From Nitrospinaceae bacterium (lineage in GTDB: Bacteria > Nitrospinota > Nitrospinia > Nitrospinales > VA-1): a stretch of 21,390 bases of DNA. Position numbers and translations under genes: made by a program. Shown in pieces: positions 8,433 to 18,352 of this stretch (positions are counted from its first letter, which is position 1; each line of letters opens with the position of its first letter). A model generated the notes under the pieces. The model did not search any database. It was not told where the DNA came from and saw nothing but the letters and a program-made list of their open reading frames with translations. The stretch spans positions 1-21,390 of the forward strand of contig JBHHVU010000053.1 of NCBI GenBank assembly GCA_046754465.1. The letters run 5' to 3'.

Positions 8433-9239
8433 ATGGTTCGGAAAAGTTTCATCATTTTTTTCGCGGCGATATGGTTATGGGGTTCCCAGAGCGAGGCGGG
8501 GCTTCCCAAGGGGTCGGGGTCCTCGATCGATTCGGACATGGTCCTGATTCCCGAAGGCGTGTTCACCATGGGAAGCAGTCCGCGGGATATCGACTGGGTG
8601 GTCAAGAAATTCTTTTCCGCCTCCAGGGATTGGTACCTCGATGAAACCCCGGCGCGGAAAATCTACCTGGGAGATTTCTATATCGACAGGTTTGAGGTGA
8701 CCAACGCCCAGTACGAAAAGTTCCGCAAGGCGGCGGGCTTGCCCGAACCGAAATTCATGGACAGCCGCCGGTTCAACGAGCCCGGACAGCCAGTGGTGGG
8801 CATCACCTGGAACCAGGCGGTTGAGTACTGCCGTTGGGCTGGGAAACGCCTGCCCACCGAGGAAGAATGGGAAAAAGCCGCCCGCGGGGCGAGCGCGCGG
8901 CACTACCCCTGGGGAAATGAGCCCGATAATGACAAGGCCAATATCAGGGGGTTGGAAGATAACTTCCGCTACACCGCGCCGGTGGGACAATATGAGGAAG
9001 GAAAAAGCCCGTACGGTGTCATGGACATGGCCGGAAACGTTTGGGAATGGACCACCGACTGGTACCAGCCGTATGAGGGAAACAAACATGAAAATGATAT
9101 GTATGGAACCTCATTGAGAGTGATTAAAGGCGGATCGTGGAACTCCAATATGGATCTGGCCCGTTCGGCCATCCGGGGAAAAGCGCTTCCCGACCAGCGG
9201 CTCAATTACATCGGGTTCCGTTGCGCCCGCGAACCTTGA
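8433..9239 (+). CDS. Secreted formylglycine-generating-enzyme (SUMF1/EgtB/PvdO) family domain protein
   Basis: Signal peptide, then FTMGS, EVTNAQY, RLPTEEEWEKAARG, DMAGNVWEW, GGSW and GFRCA motifs. Confidence 0.9.
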   Translation: MVRKSFIIFFAAIWLWGSQSEAGLPKGSGSSIDSDMVLIPEGVFTMGSSPRDIDWVVKKFFSASRDWYLDETPARKIYLGDFYIDRFEVTNAQYEKFRKAAGLPEPKFMDSRRFNEPGQPVVGITWNQAVEYCRWAGKRLPTEEEWEKAARGASARHYPWGNEPDNDKANIRGLEDNFRYTAPVGQYEEGKSPYGVMDMAGNVWEWTTDWYQPYEGNKHENDMYGTSLRVIKGGSWNSNMDLARSAIRGKALPDQRLNYIGFRCAREP

Positions 9240-9255
9240 AAGGGAGATTGTAGCA

Positions 9256-10047
9256 ATGAACAGAGTATGGAAATGGGTTTTCCCGGTCTTGGCGGTTTTT
9301 TTCATTGCCCAAAACTCGCCCGCGTATGACCCCGGGCAACACGCTTCCCAGGGGGGGAAACCGGGCAAGGGCGGGCATGGCCATCATGGATATGGCAGGC
9401 CGAAGGGACCGCCGGCGGATATCCCAGCGCATTTGAAGGCACGCACCAGCGAGGATGGCAAGGGAATCAACCTGAACAATTCCCAAATCGGTGTCAAGGG
9501 AATCACTCTCCTTTCGGAATCCCCCACCCATCAAAACCTGGTTTCCTTGGCGCTTCAGGGGAACAAACTGGGAGACGAGGGAGTCAAAATCCTGGCCGCG
9601 TCGGAAAACTTCAAACATGTGGAACTGCTCAATTTGTGGGGAAACCAGATCTCCTCCGCCGGGGCCAAGTCCATTGCGGATTCATCCCATCTCGGCAATC
9701 TCAAGGAATTGAAACTGACCCGCAATGGCATCGGTGACGAGGGAGTGATCGCCTTGGTTCAATCACCCAACCTCAACCAACTGATCCTGCTCGACCTGGA
9801 TGCCAACAAGATTACCGACAAAGGCGCGATAGCGATCGCCAATTCCCCGCATTTGTCCCACCTCAAATCCCTGGGTCTGTACAATAATCGCATCGGGCCC
9901 GATGGCGTGAAGGCCCTGGTCCAGTCCAAATATCTTTCCAACCTGGAAAGTCTGGATATTGTCCGCAATTCTGTTGACCCGGATTCCGCCAATGCCCTTA
10001 AAAAAGTGGTTACTCTTCCCAAACTGAAGTTCTTCCACATTTTTTAG
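9256..10047 (+). CDS. Secreted leucine-rich repeat protein (ribonuclease-inhibitor-like 28-aa repeats)
   Basis: Signal peptide, Gly/His-rich linker (GHGHHGYG), and about 7 repeats of LxxLxLxxNxIGDxGxxALxxS. RBS GGAG. Confidence 0.85.
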   Translation: MNRVWKWVFPVLAVFFIAQNSPAYDPGQHASQGGKPGKGGHGHHGYGRPKGPPADIPAHLKARTSEDGKGINLNNSQIGVKGITLLSESPTHQNLVSLALQGNKLGDEGVKILAASENFKHVELLNLWGNQISSAGAKSIADSSHLGNLKELKLTRNGIGDEGVIALVQSPNLNQLILLDLDANKITDKGAIAIANSPHLSHLKSLGLYNNRIGPDGVKALVQSKYLSNLESLDIVRNSVDPDSANALKKVVTLPKLKFFHIF

Positions 10048-10162
10048 GAGGGCGGTCCGGACGTTTCCAGGGCCAGGTTAAAAGAGCAGGGTGGGTGGAA
10101 GGGGCCATTCCCCGGGGCGCGGAAGCGGGATGGATTCCCCGGGGGAAGCTAACCTTTAGGGA

Positions 10163-10351
10163 TTATCTTTGCCATCTCCGGTCATTATACCGGTCGATAT
10201 ACTCGCGGACCCTTTGGGCGCCCCGCAGGAACTCATCCAGCATTTCCTTCAAGGCCTCGATTTCTTCCCCAGGATCCCGGGCCGCCTGGAAAATTTTGTT
10301 TTCATCCTTGATGTCCTCCAGAATCCCGTCAATTTCCTTGTGAAATTCCAT
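10163..10351 (-). CDS. Small acidic helical hypothetical protein (62 aa)
   Basis: ATG at 10351 preceded by AAGGGA. MEFHKEIDGILEDIKDEN...DRRWQR is amphipathic. The upstream extension in the ORF track (to 10537) crosses a terminator and is probably not translated. Confidence 0.65.
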   Translation of the reverse strand: MEFHKEIDGILEDIKDENKIFQAARDPGEEIEALKEMLDEFLRGAQRVREYIDRYNDRRWQR

Positions 10352-10403
10352 CGTTCCCTTTTGCACCCCTTTTAAAATAAACATTGATGGTATGAGGGCA
10401 AGG

Positions 10404-10443
10404 AAAAACGCCTGCCTGGAACGAAAGACCCGCCAGGCAGGCG
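10404..10443 (-). terminator. Rho-independent terminator downstream of the SYLF gene
   Basis: CGCCTGCCTGG-13 nt-CCAGGCAGGCG (11-bp stem). A5 at 10404-10408 gives a U-tract on the - strand. Confidence 0.7.
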
Positions 10444-10526
10444 CCAAGAGACATTTCACGCCACCCTCTTGGTTTAAGAGTCGCCCGGGGTGCGAAAGAT
10501 TCGGGAAAAAGGAACCGGGTCCCGGT

Positions 10527-11264
10527 TCAGGTGGCATTCACTTCCAGGTTGACCGGCGCCAGCCGGTCCATTTCCTTCATGAATTTTTTGGCGGCCTCCG
10601 GAAGAGGGACAACCTCCTGCCCCTGGAGGATTTCTTTAGGGGAAAAGGAGCTCCCGTAAAATTTTATGTTGGACGCCCGGTCATTGTTGATCATTCCCCC
10701 CTCCGGGGGCAAGCCGACGAATGAGCCCTGAGCCCGCGAATAAACATAAATGTCTTTTTGCGTAAGAATCGGTTGAATAGGAAGCCGCGGATGATTGTCC
10801 ATGGGGCCAAAGGCCATGGATATTTCCTGGCCAAACTGGTAGGCCGGGTTGAATAACGCGTTTTTCCCCTTGTCGGATACCACCAGAAATATCAGGTCCC
10901 AGGCCTTGAGCCCGGCCCATTGACCGAAGTTGACCCCCATGAGCTTGTGAAACAGGGGCGGACCCCATTTCCCGGTTTCCTCGGAGCGCATGGAAACTAC
11001 CCCGGTGCCAAAGGCGGCTTTGCTGTGGTACTCCTGCTCCACGACGAGGGGAAAAATGACTATCGCCTTGGCGTGCCCCAGCATATTTTCATTCACCGTC
11101 CGAATGGAAGAAAATCGCATGACCTTGAGCAGGTTGATCGATTCCGCCAATAACTCTTCCGGGCGGATCGAAACGGAAGGAGGGGCCGAGGTGGAATCCA
11201 TTGGCTGCAAGGCACAGGAAGAGAGGGCGAACGAAAGCAAAAGGATCAGGCCATAGGGTCTCAT
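10527..11264 (-). CDS. SYLF/Ysc84-domain lipid-binding lipoprotein
   Basis: Lipobox LSSC after MRPYGLILLLSFA. AKAIVIFP..GTGVVS.R....WGPP, G.NFG...G....DLIFLV and IYVYSRAQG.FVG motifs. RBS AAGGTG before ATG 11264. Confidence 0.8.
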   Translation of the reverse strand: MRPYGLILLLSFALSSCALQPMDSTSAPPSVSIRPEELLAESINLLKVMRFSSIRTVNENMLGHAKAIVIFPLVVEQEYHSKAAFGTGVVSMRSEETGKWGPPLFHKLMGVNFGQWAGLKAWDLIFLVVSDKGKNALFNPAYQFGQEISMAFGPMDNHPRLPIQPILTQKDIYVYSRAQGSFVGLPPEGGMINNDRASNIKFYGSSFSPKEILQGQEVVPLPEAAKKFMKEMDRLAPVNLEVNAT

Positions 11265-11375
11265 GGGGCACCTTTGAGAAAATGGGGCAAATGATTTTAG
11301 CACATTTGGGAGTTTTGGCTATCCCTTTCCTGGGGGAGCTCCCGATGTCCCCCAAGTGAACTGAATTTCCTGCTG

Positions 11376-12386
11376 TTATTTTTTTTGTGAGTTTTTCTGC
11401 CGTGCTTGTTCGTAAAGTTGCCGGACCTGGCTATCTTCGGGGGCGAGTTTCAACGCCCGTTCGTAGGCCGCAAAGGATTTTTCAGGCTCACCGAGAACGT
11501 CGTAGGATTTTCCCAGCCGCAGCCACCCTTCCAGGTCGCCGGGTTCTTTTTCCAGGCGGTTGGCCAGACGCTGAACCATGCTCTGGATAAAGGCGCCCTG
11601 TTCCCGGGAATTCATCGCCTGGCCGGCTTGAACCTGTGTCCGCGTCAGCGCGGGACCGGGAGTCCCCGCCTGGGGGGGAGAATCGGCCGCCGGGGATATC
11701 CTGGGTGCCTTCACTCCCAACCGGGTAGCAGCCTGATCGAGCTGACCCTGGATTTTGCTCAGCCAGGCGGCCCCTTGCGGAGCTTCCCGCGCCAGTTGGA
11801 GCCAGGCATCATAAGCCTCGCGAACCTTTCCTTCCTGGAATTCCCAGAGTGCCAGGAAATAACGGACTCCCGCATGGTTGGGTTCGATAGTTTGTGCGTC
11901 GAGGAATATTTTGTGCGCCTTCGGGGTGATCCTGCCATCGGCGGCGTTGGTCAATGTCTCCCCGAAGGAGACCCGCAACTCCGCATCCCGGGGCGCCAGC
12001 TCGATCGCTTTGTGGAAGGCTTCATCTGCTTTGTCAGATTGGCCCAAAGTGGCATATGACCTTGCCAGAAGCGTCCACCCCTTGAGGTCGTTGGGCCGGG
12101 TTTCCAGTTTTTTGGCCAGCCCCCGTGTGAGCTGGTCCAGCGGCAGCGACATGACCGGATTATCCGAATCTGGAGCCGAGGGGGAAGCGAAGGGCCGGGC
12201 CGATACGATTTTTCCATCCAGGCCGCCGGGAAGCCCGCCGGGATTCGGATCTGAGGAAGGTAAAGAACGCGCCAGCATATACAGGGTCACCGCAATCACC
12301 GGGGCCAGAACGGCCAGAAGACCCCACAGCGATTTCCGATGCCGCTCGATAAAAAGTTGCAACGACCCCTTGGAATTTTCAGTCAT
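11376..12386 (-). CDS. CcmI/CycH-like TPR protein (cytochrome c maturation chaperone family), single N-terminal TM anchor
   Basis: TM ending ...AVTLY, then LAKKLETRPNDLKGWTLLARSY TPR and a second MVQRLANRLEKEPGDLEGWLRLGKSY repeat, both typical of CycH/CcmI periplasmic domains. Confidence 0.75.
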   Translation of the reverse strand: MTENSKGSLQLFIERHRKSLWGLLAVLAPVIAVTLYMLARSLPSSDPNPGGLPGGLDGKIVSARPFASPSAPDSDNPVMSLPLDQLTRGLAKKLETRPNDLKGWTLLARSYATLGQSDKADEAFHKAIELAPRDAELRVSFGETLTNAADGRITPKAHKIFLDAQTIEPNHAGVRYFLALWEFQEGKVREAYDAWLQLAREAPQGAAWLSKIQGQLDQAATRLGVKAPRISPAADSPPQAGTPGPALTRTQVQAGQAMNSREQGAFIQSMVQRLANRLEKEPGDLEGWLRLGKSYDVLGEPEKSFAAYERALKLAPEDSQVRQLYEQARQKNSQKK

Positions 12387-12655
12387 AAGTTTTCCCTTGA
12401 AAAATTTTAAGCCCCGTGCGCCGGTGATCGCTCTAGTCAGGATCGAAGGGACGGACTAATGGGTTCTATTTTTACTATTCATATTGGTTGTCTCTATCAA
12501 TAAGGTGGTTCCTCCGTGTTCAAAATTCAATAAACCTTCCGGATCAGAAGAAACCGGATAACGGTCAATGCCCCGGTAATCCTTAATTCTTAAAATGCAT
12601 CCCGTTCAACCACTAGGGTATTTGATTAAAAAAAGTAAGGAAATATGTCACATTA

Positions 12656-12677
12656 ATTTGTGATCTATATCATTTTG
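12656..12677. promoter_or_regulatory. Crp/Fnr-family-like binding site
   Basis: ATT-TGTGA-TCTATA-TCATT-TTG matches 16/22 of the CRP consensus AAATGTGATCTAGATCACATTT and 8/10 of FNR TTGAT-N4-ATCAA. Confidence 0.45.
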
Positions 12678-12939
12678 GTTAGGCAAAAAATAAGGTAAAT
12701 ATAAAAGTGTTGTTAAAAATTATTATACTATTAACTATAAAATTTTTGTATAAATATAAATTAAAACAATTTTTAAAATAATTAGTCAAAAATTTCAATA
12801 AGTTAAGGATAATAATAAGAATGGGTCTCCTTGATGCTTGGCTGGCGGACGGAATAAGAAGGCCGTGAAATTAATTCCAGGAGATGATCAATAAATCGTT
12901 TTGGGCGGAGACAATAAGATAAATCGTGGGGGCGCCCTA

Positions 12940-12956
12940 TTGAAACCTGTTTTCAA
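12940..12956. promoter_or_regulatory. Palindromic operator, Fur-box-like
   Basis: TTGAAA-CCTGT-TTTCAA, about 40 bp upstream of the sigma54 -24 box. Confidence 0.35.
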
Positions 12957-12995
12957 AAAATTTTGTAATTTTATGATTTCAGGGCATCCCTCCCC

Positions 12996-13012
12996 TTGGC
13001 CCGAAAATTGCT
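12996..13012 (+). promoter_or_regulatory. sigma54 -24/-12 promoter of the multiheme cytochrome operon
   Basis: TTGGCCCGAAAATTGCT: GG(12998-12999)-N10-GC(13010-13011), one mismatch to TGGCACG-N4-TTGCW. Predicted start about 13023, ahead of the GGAGG RBS and ATG 13064. Confidence 0.7.
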
Positions 13013-13063
13013 TTTTCCCTGGTTTCTACAAGTCTTACCTTTTATGAAAGATGGAGGCGCCTA

Positions 13064-14360
<1,297 letters not shown>

Positions 14361-14374
<14 letters not shown>

Positions 14375-17285
14375 ACCCATGAATTTCTTCCGGCCAAAAA
14401 TTGAAATGGATTGGCGCCGATGTCTTGGCGCGTTCCTGATATTAACCGGAGTTTGGGTCACAGGGCCCCCAGCGGGAAACGCCGGCGAATTGAGCGCGGT
14501 GAAGGCGGCGGTCCGAACCCGCGATTTCACTAGTGCCGCCCGGTTACTGCAACCGCTTGCCCGGGGGGGAGATCCAGAGGCCCAGTATCAACTGGCGGGA
14601 CTCTACCGGGCGGGCCGGGGTGTGCCCAAGGATCATGAAACCGCCGCGCGCTGGTTGCAACTGGCCGCTTCCCAGGGTCACGTGAATGCCCGATATAACC
14701 TTGGCGTCATGTATGAAAATGGCTGGGGGGTAGCGCGGAGCACGGCCGAGGCGCGGCGATGGTTCACCTTGGCGGAAGCCGCCGGCCACGCCGGAGCCCG
14801 TATCCGCCTGCAAAAGATGAAGGCCGATCCCCCTTCCTCTTCCACCTCACCGAATACCGAATCGGGCAGCGCCCTGCTCCTCGCCGCCCGGCGGGGCCGG
14901 ACCGGGGAAGTCCGGCGGCTGCTCAACCAGGGGGCGGATGTGGACCCCGCGGACCGTTTTGGGAACACCCCCCTGATGTTGGCGGCAGAGGGAGGTCATG
15001 CCGATGTTGTGCGCGTTTTACTAAAAGCCGGGGCCCGGGCCAACGCCGTCAGCCGGTACAGCAATAACCCCCTCCGGATAGCCGTGGAACGGGAGGATAT
15101 TGGCATCCTCGAATTGCTGTTATCCGCCGGAGCGGATATCAACGCGCAAGATCGAAACGGCAACACGCCGTTGATCCTCGCCGCCGGAAAGGGCAACGCC
15201 GCCCTGGTGACCCTCCTCCTGAAAAACGGGGCCGATCCCCAACTCCGCAACCGGAACAACCGGACGGCGCTTCAGATCGCCCGCGGCAATGGGAACAAGA
15301 AGATCGTCCGCCTCCTCCATTCCCCGAAACCGCCCTCCAGTGACACCGGAAAGTTGAACGCTGCCCAGGAAGCGGTCCGAACCCGAAAATTCACTCGCGC
15401 CGCCCGGATATTAAAACCGCTGGCTGAACAGGGAAACCCGGAAGCCCAGTATCAACTAGCGTGTTTTTTCCGGGCGGGACGAGGTGTGGCCCAAAATGAT
15501 GAAACCGCCGCGCACTGGTTCAAGGAAGCTGCCGGCCAGGGCCATGTGAATGCCCAGTACAACCTGGGTGTCATGTATGAGAACGGGTGGGGGGTGGAAC
15601 GGAGCATCCCCGAAGCGCGTCGATGGTTCGCCCGGGCCGCCGCGGCCGATCACACCCTGGCAGGCTCCAAACTGAAAGCCGGGGCCACCGAGCCGCATCC
15701 GTCCTCTATTTCTCCGGAGGAGGCGTTGCTTCTGGCGGCGGACCGCGGCCGGATCGATGAACTCCGGAGCCTTATAAAGCGGGGAACCCAAGTGAATTAT
15801 GCGGACCGTTATGGCCGCACCCCGTTGATCGAGGCCATCCACGGGAATCATCCGGACGCCGTCCGTGTTTTGCTGAAAGCCGGGGCGGATGTGCATGCGG
15901 CCACCCGCTACGGCGATACCCCAGTCCTCATCGCGGCTGGCAGGGGGAATCGGGAAATCCTCGGCCTGTTACTGGCCTCCGGCGCGGATATCAACGCCCG
16001 GGACAGAAACGGCAATACACCCCTGATCCTCGCTGCCAAAAAAGGAAACACCGCTCTCGTAACCGCTCTCCTCAAGAAAGGTGCCGGCGTTAAAATCCGG
16101 AACGGTAAAAACCGCACCGCGGTCCAGATCGCCCAGGCCAGGGGGGATAAAAATATTGTCGGGATTCTGATCGCGCATGGCGCCAAACCCGAACCCGCGA
16201 AAAAACGCCGGGAAATCGTCATTCCGGCGATCGTCCAGGCGGGCTCCGGGCCGGGCGCTTCCACCCAGGCCGGAGACCCCAGGCCTTTTCAAGGGTGGCC
16301 GCCGTTGATGACGGCCGCCTGGAGGGGACAGACCGACATGGTTCGGGCCTTGCTCAAGGCGGGGGTGGATGTCAACGCGAGGGATCCCGAGGGGCTCACC
16401 GCCCTTGGAAGGGCGGCCTGGAAAGGGCACGCGGCCATCGTCAAGGCCCTTCTGGCCGCGGGCGCCGATCCAGAAATCGCCCAACCCAACGGGAAGACTC
16501 CTCTCCACTGGGCGGCACGCCACGGACACGCCGGGGTGGTCCGCCAACTGGTGAAAGCCGGGGCGGATGTCAACTCCCGCCGGAACGGCGGCGCCACGGC
16601 GTTGTTTTACGCCGTTCAGGGCCGGCACGAGCCAACCGCGCGTGTTTTGTTATCCCAGGGCGCCCGGACCGGCCTGCCCGGAAAAAATGGAACCACCCCT
16701 CTCATGCTGGCCGCCCGGCTGGGTCCTCCGAAAATAGTCCGTCTCCTGCTTGAGCAGGGAGCCCGGCTGAACGGTACCGATTCCGAAGGCCGGACCGCGC
16801 TTTGGTTTGCCGCCGACGCGGGGCAGGACGCCGCGGTGGGCCTCCTGCTGGATCATCAAGCAGATACCGGAAGCCGGGACCTGAAGGGCCGGACCCCCCT
16901 GTTGCAGGCGGTCTGGCAGGGACACGAGGCAGTGACCCGGCGTCTCCTTTCCGCTGGCGCCGATATTCACGCGACCGGCAAGACCGGCAACACCCCCTTG
17001 ATGCTTGCCGCGTACCGAGGGCATGCTGACCTGGTTCAGCGGCTCATCGCCGGGGGAGCCCGGGTGAACGCAAGGAACAGGGCGGGGAATACTGCGCTGA
17101 TTCTGGCCGTAAAGGAAAGTCACGCGCGAATCGTTGAACAGCTTCTCCAAAACGGGGCCAATCCTTATTTACGCAATAATAAACGGGAACAGGCCAATAC
17201 CGTGGTGGCGGATGGGCACGGCGATATTCGCGAACTTCTGAATAAATACAAATCCGTAAAAAGTCTGTTCCAGCATATTTTTTGA
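14361..17285 (+). CDS. Secreted Sel1-repeat / ankyrin-repeat protein
   Basis: Signal-peptide-like segment (true start may be a later ATG). Two copies of [2 Sel1 + 5 ankyrin], then about 9-10 further ankyrin repeats (G.TPL..AA..G). Confidence 0.9.
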
Positions 17286-18292
17286 ACCGTAAAAGTCAAA
17301 CCGCCGGTCCACCGGAAAAACTTATGAACAGCATCGCGGTTGAAAAATCATTGACGGTCCCACCCGTTCCCCCCGCCGGGAGGCCGGCGTCCTCCCGGGA
17401 AAATTCCGCCGGGCGGGCGCCGGATCCCGCGACCACCAAGTACCAACCGACGGTGATCGCCCGTTTGGGCGGTGCGTTGTTCTTTCTGCTCATGGGGTTT
17501 GCCGTTTTTGCCGGCTGGCGGATCCGGGATGCGCAATACCTCACCGCGGAATCCGGACCGGGTTACATGCTGGGAATCATCGGCGTCGGAATGATGGCCC
17601 TGTTGATGCTGTACCCGCTGCGCAAAAGAGCCCGCTTTATGGCGAGTTGGGGAGCCGTCAAATATTGGTTTCGTGTCCATATGATGCTCGGCGTGCTGGG
17701 TCCCGTGTGCATTTTATTTCATTCGAACTTCCACTTGGGGTCCATGAACAGCAACTTGGCCCTGTTTTCCATGCTGCTCGTCTCGGGGAGCGGGCTGGTG
17801 GGAAGATTCCTTTATATCAAAATCCATTACGGGCTGTATGGAAGCAGGATCACGCTGAAGGATTTGCGGAACCAGGTGGAGGCGGAAGAAGGGGAATTGA
17901 ACCGTTTCGCGGCCCTCAGCCCCTATGCCCGCGGCCGTCTTGTGGCTTTGTCGGATCGCGTGCTCCATCCTCCGCGCGGGATGTTGCACGGTGCGGGACG
18001 GTTTTTGATGATAATGATCCGGACCAGTTGGGCCTATTTTCGTTTGGGTTCCTGGCTGAAACGTCCCGTCACCGGCGAGGGAACCACCGGTGCGGCGGCG
18101 GCCTCCCGCCGGGATGGAAATATTTCAGGGATCCAATCCCAGGTGAGGAACTTTCTGGGCCATATTCGCCGGGTGGCGGAGTTCAGTTTTTATGAACGGA
18201 TGTTTTCCTTGTGGCATCTGCTGCATCTGCCGCTGTTTGTCATGATGCTGTTCGCCGCGATCTTTCACGTGATCGCCGTGCACGCGTATTGA
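17282..18292 (+). CDS. Inner-membrane cytochrome b / ferric-reductase-like transmembrane protein
   Basis: About 5-6 hydrophobic helices with paired His motifs WFRVHMMLGVLGPVCILFH and WHLLHLPLFVMMLFAAIFHVIAVH. Start is either TTG 17282 (overlapping the upstream stop) or ATG 17324. Confidence 0.75.
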   Translation: MNRKSQTAGPPEKLMNSIAVEKSLTVPPVPPAGRPASSRENSAGRAPDPATTKYQPTVIARLGGALFFLLMGFAVFAGWRIRDAQYLTAESGPGYMLGIIGVGMMALLMLYPLRKRARFMASWGAVKYWFRVHMMLGVLGPVCILFHSNFHLGSMNSNLALFSMLLVSGSGLVGRFLYIKIHYGLYGSRITLKDLRNQVEAEEGELNRFAALSPYARGRLVALSDRVLHPPRGMLHGAGRFLMIMIRTSWAYFRLGSWLKRPVTGEGTTGAAAASRRDGNISGIQSQVRNFLGHIRRVAEFSFYERMFSLWHLLHLPLFVMMLFAAIFHVIAVHAY

Positions 18293-18352
18293 GGGAGGAA
18301 TCCCGGTCCGGCGGTGACCGCCGGCCGGAACCGCCGCCAATAGAGATGAAAT

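Larger units (their letters stand above)
12387..13063. promoter_or_regulatory. 677-bp divergent intergenic control region with an extremely AT-rich core
   Basis: No ORF. 12721-12780 has only 4 G/C in 60 bases, against GC-rich flanking genes. Confidence 0.8.

Noticed and set aside
18303..18330. GC hairpin CCGGCGG-TGA-CCGCCGG as a terminator
   Set aside because: No U-tract and it lies inside an apparent operon. At most an mRNA stability element.
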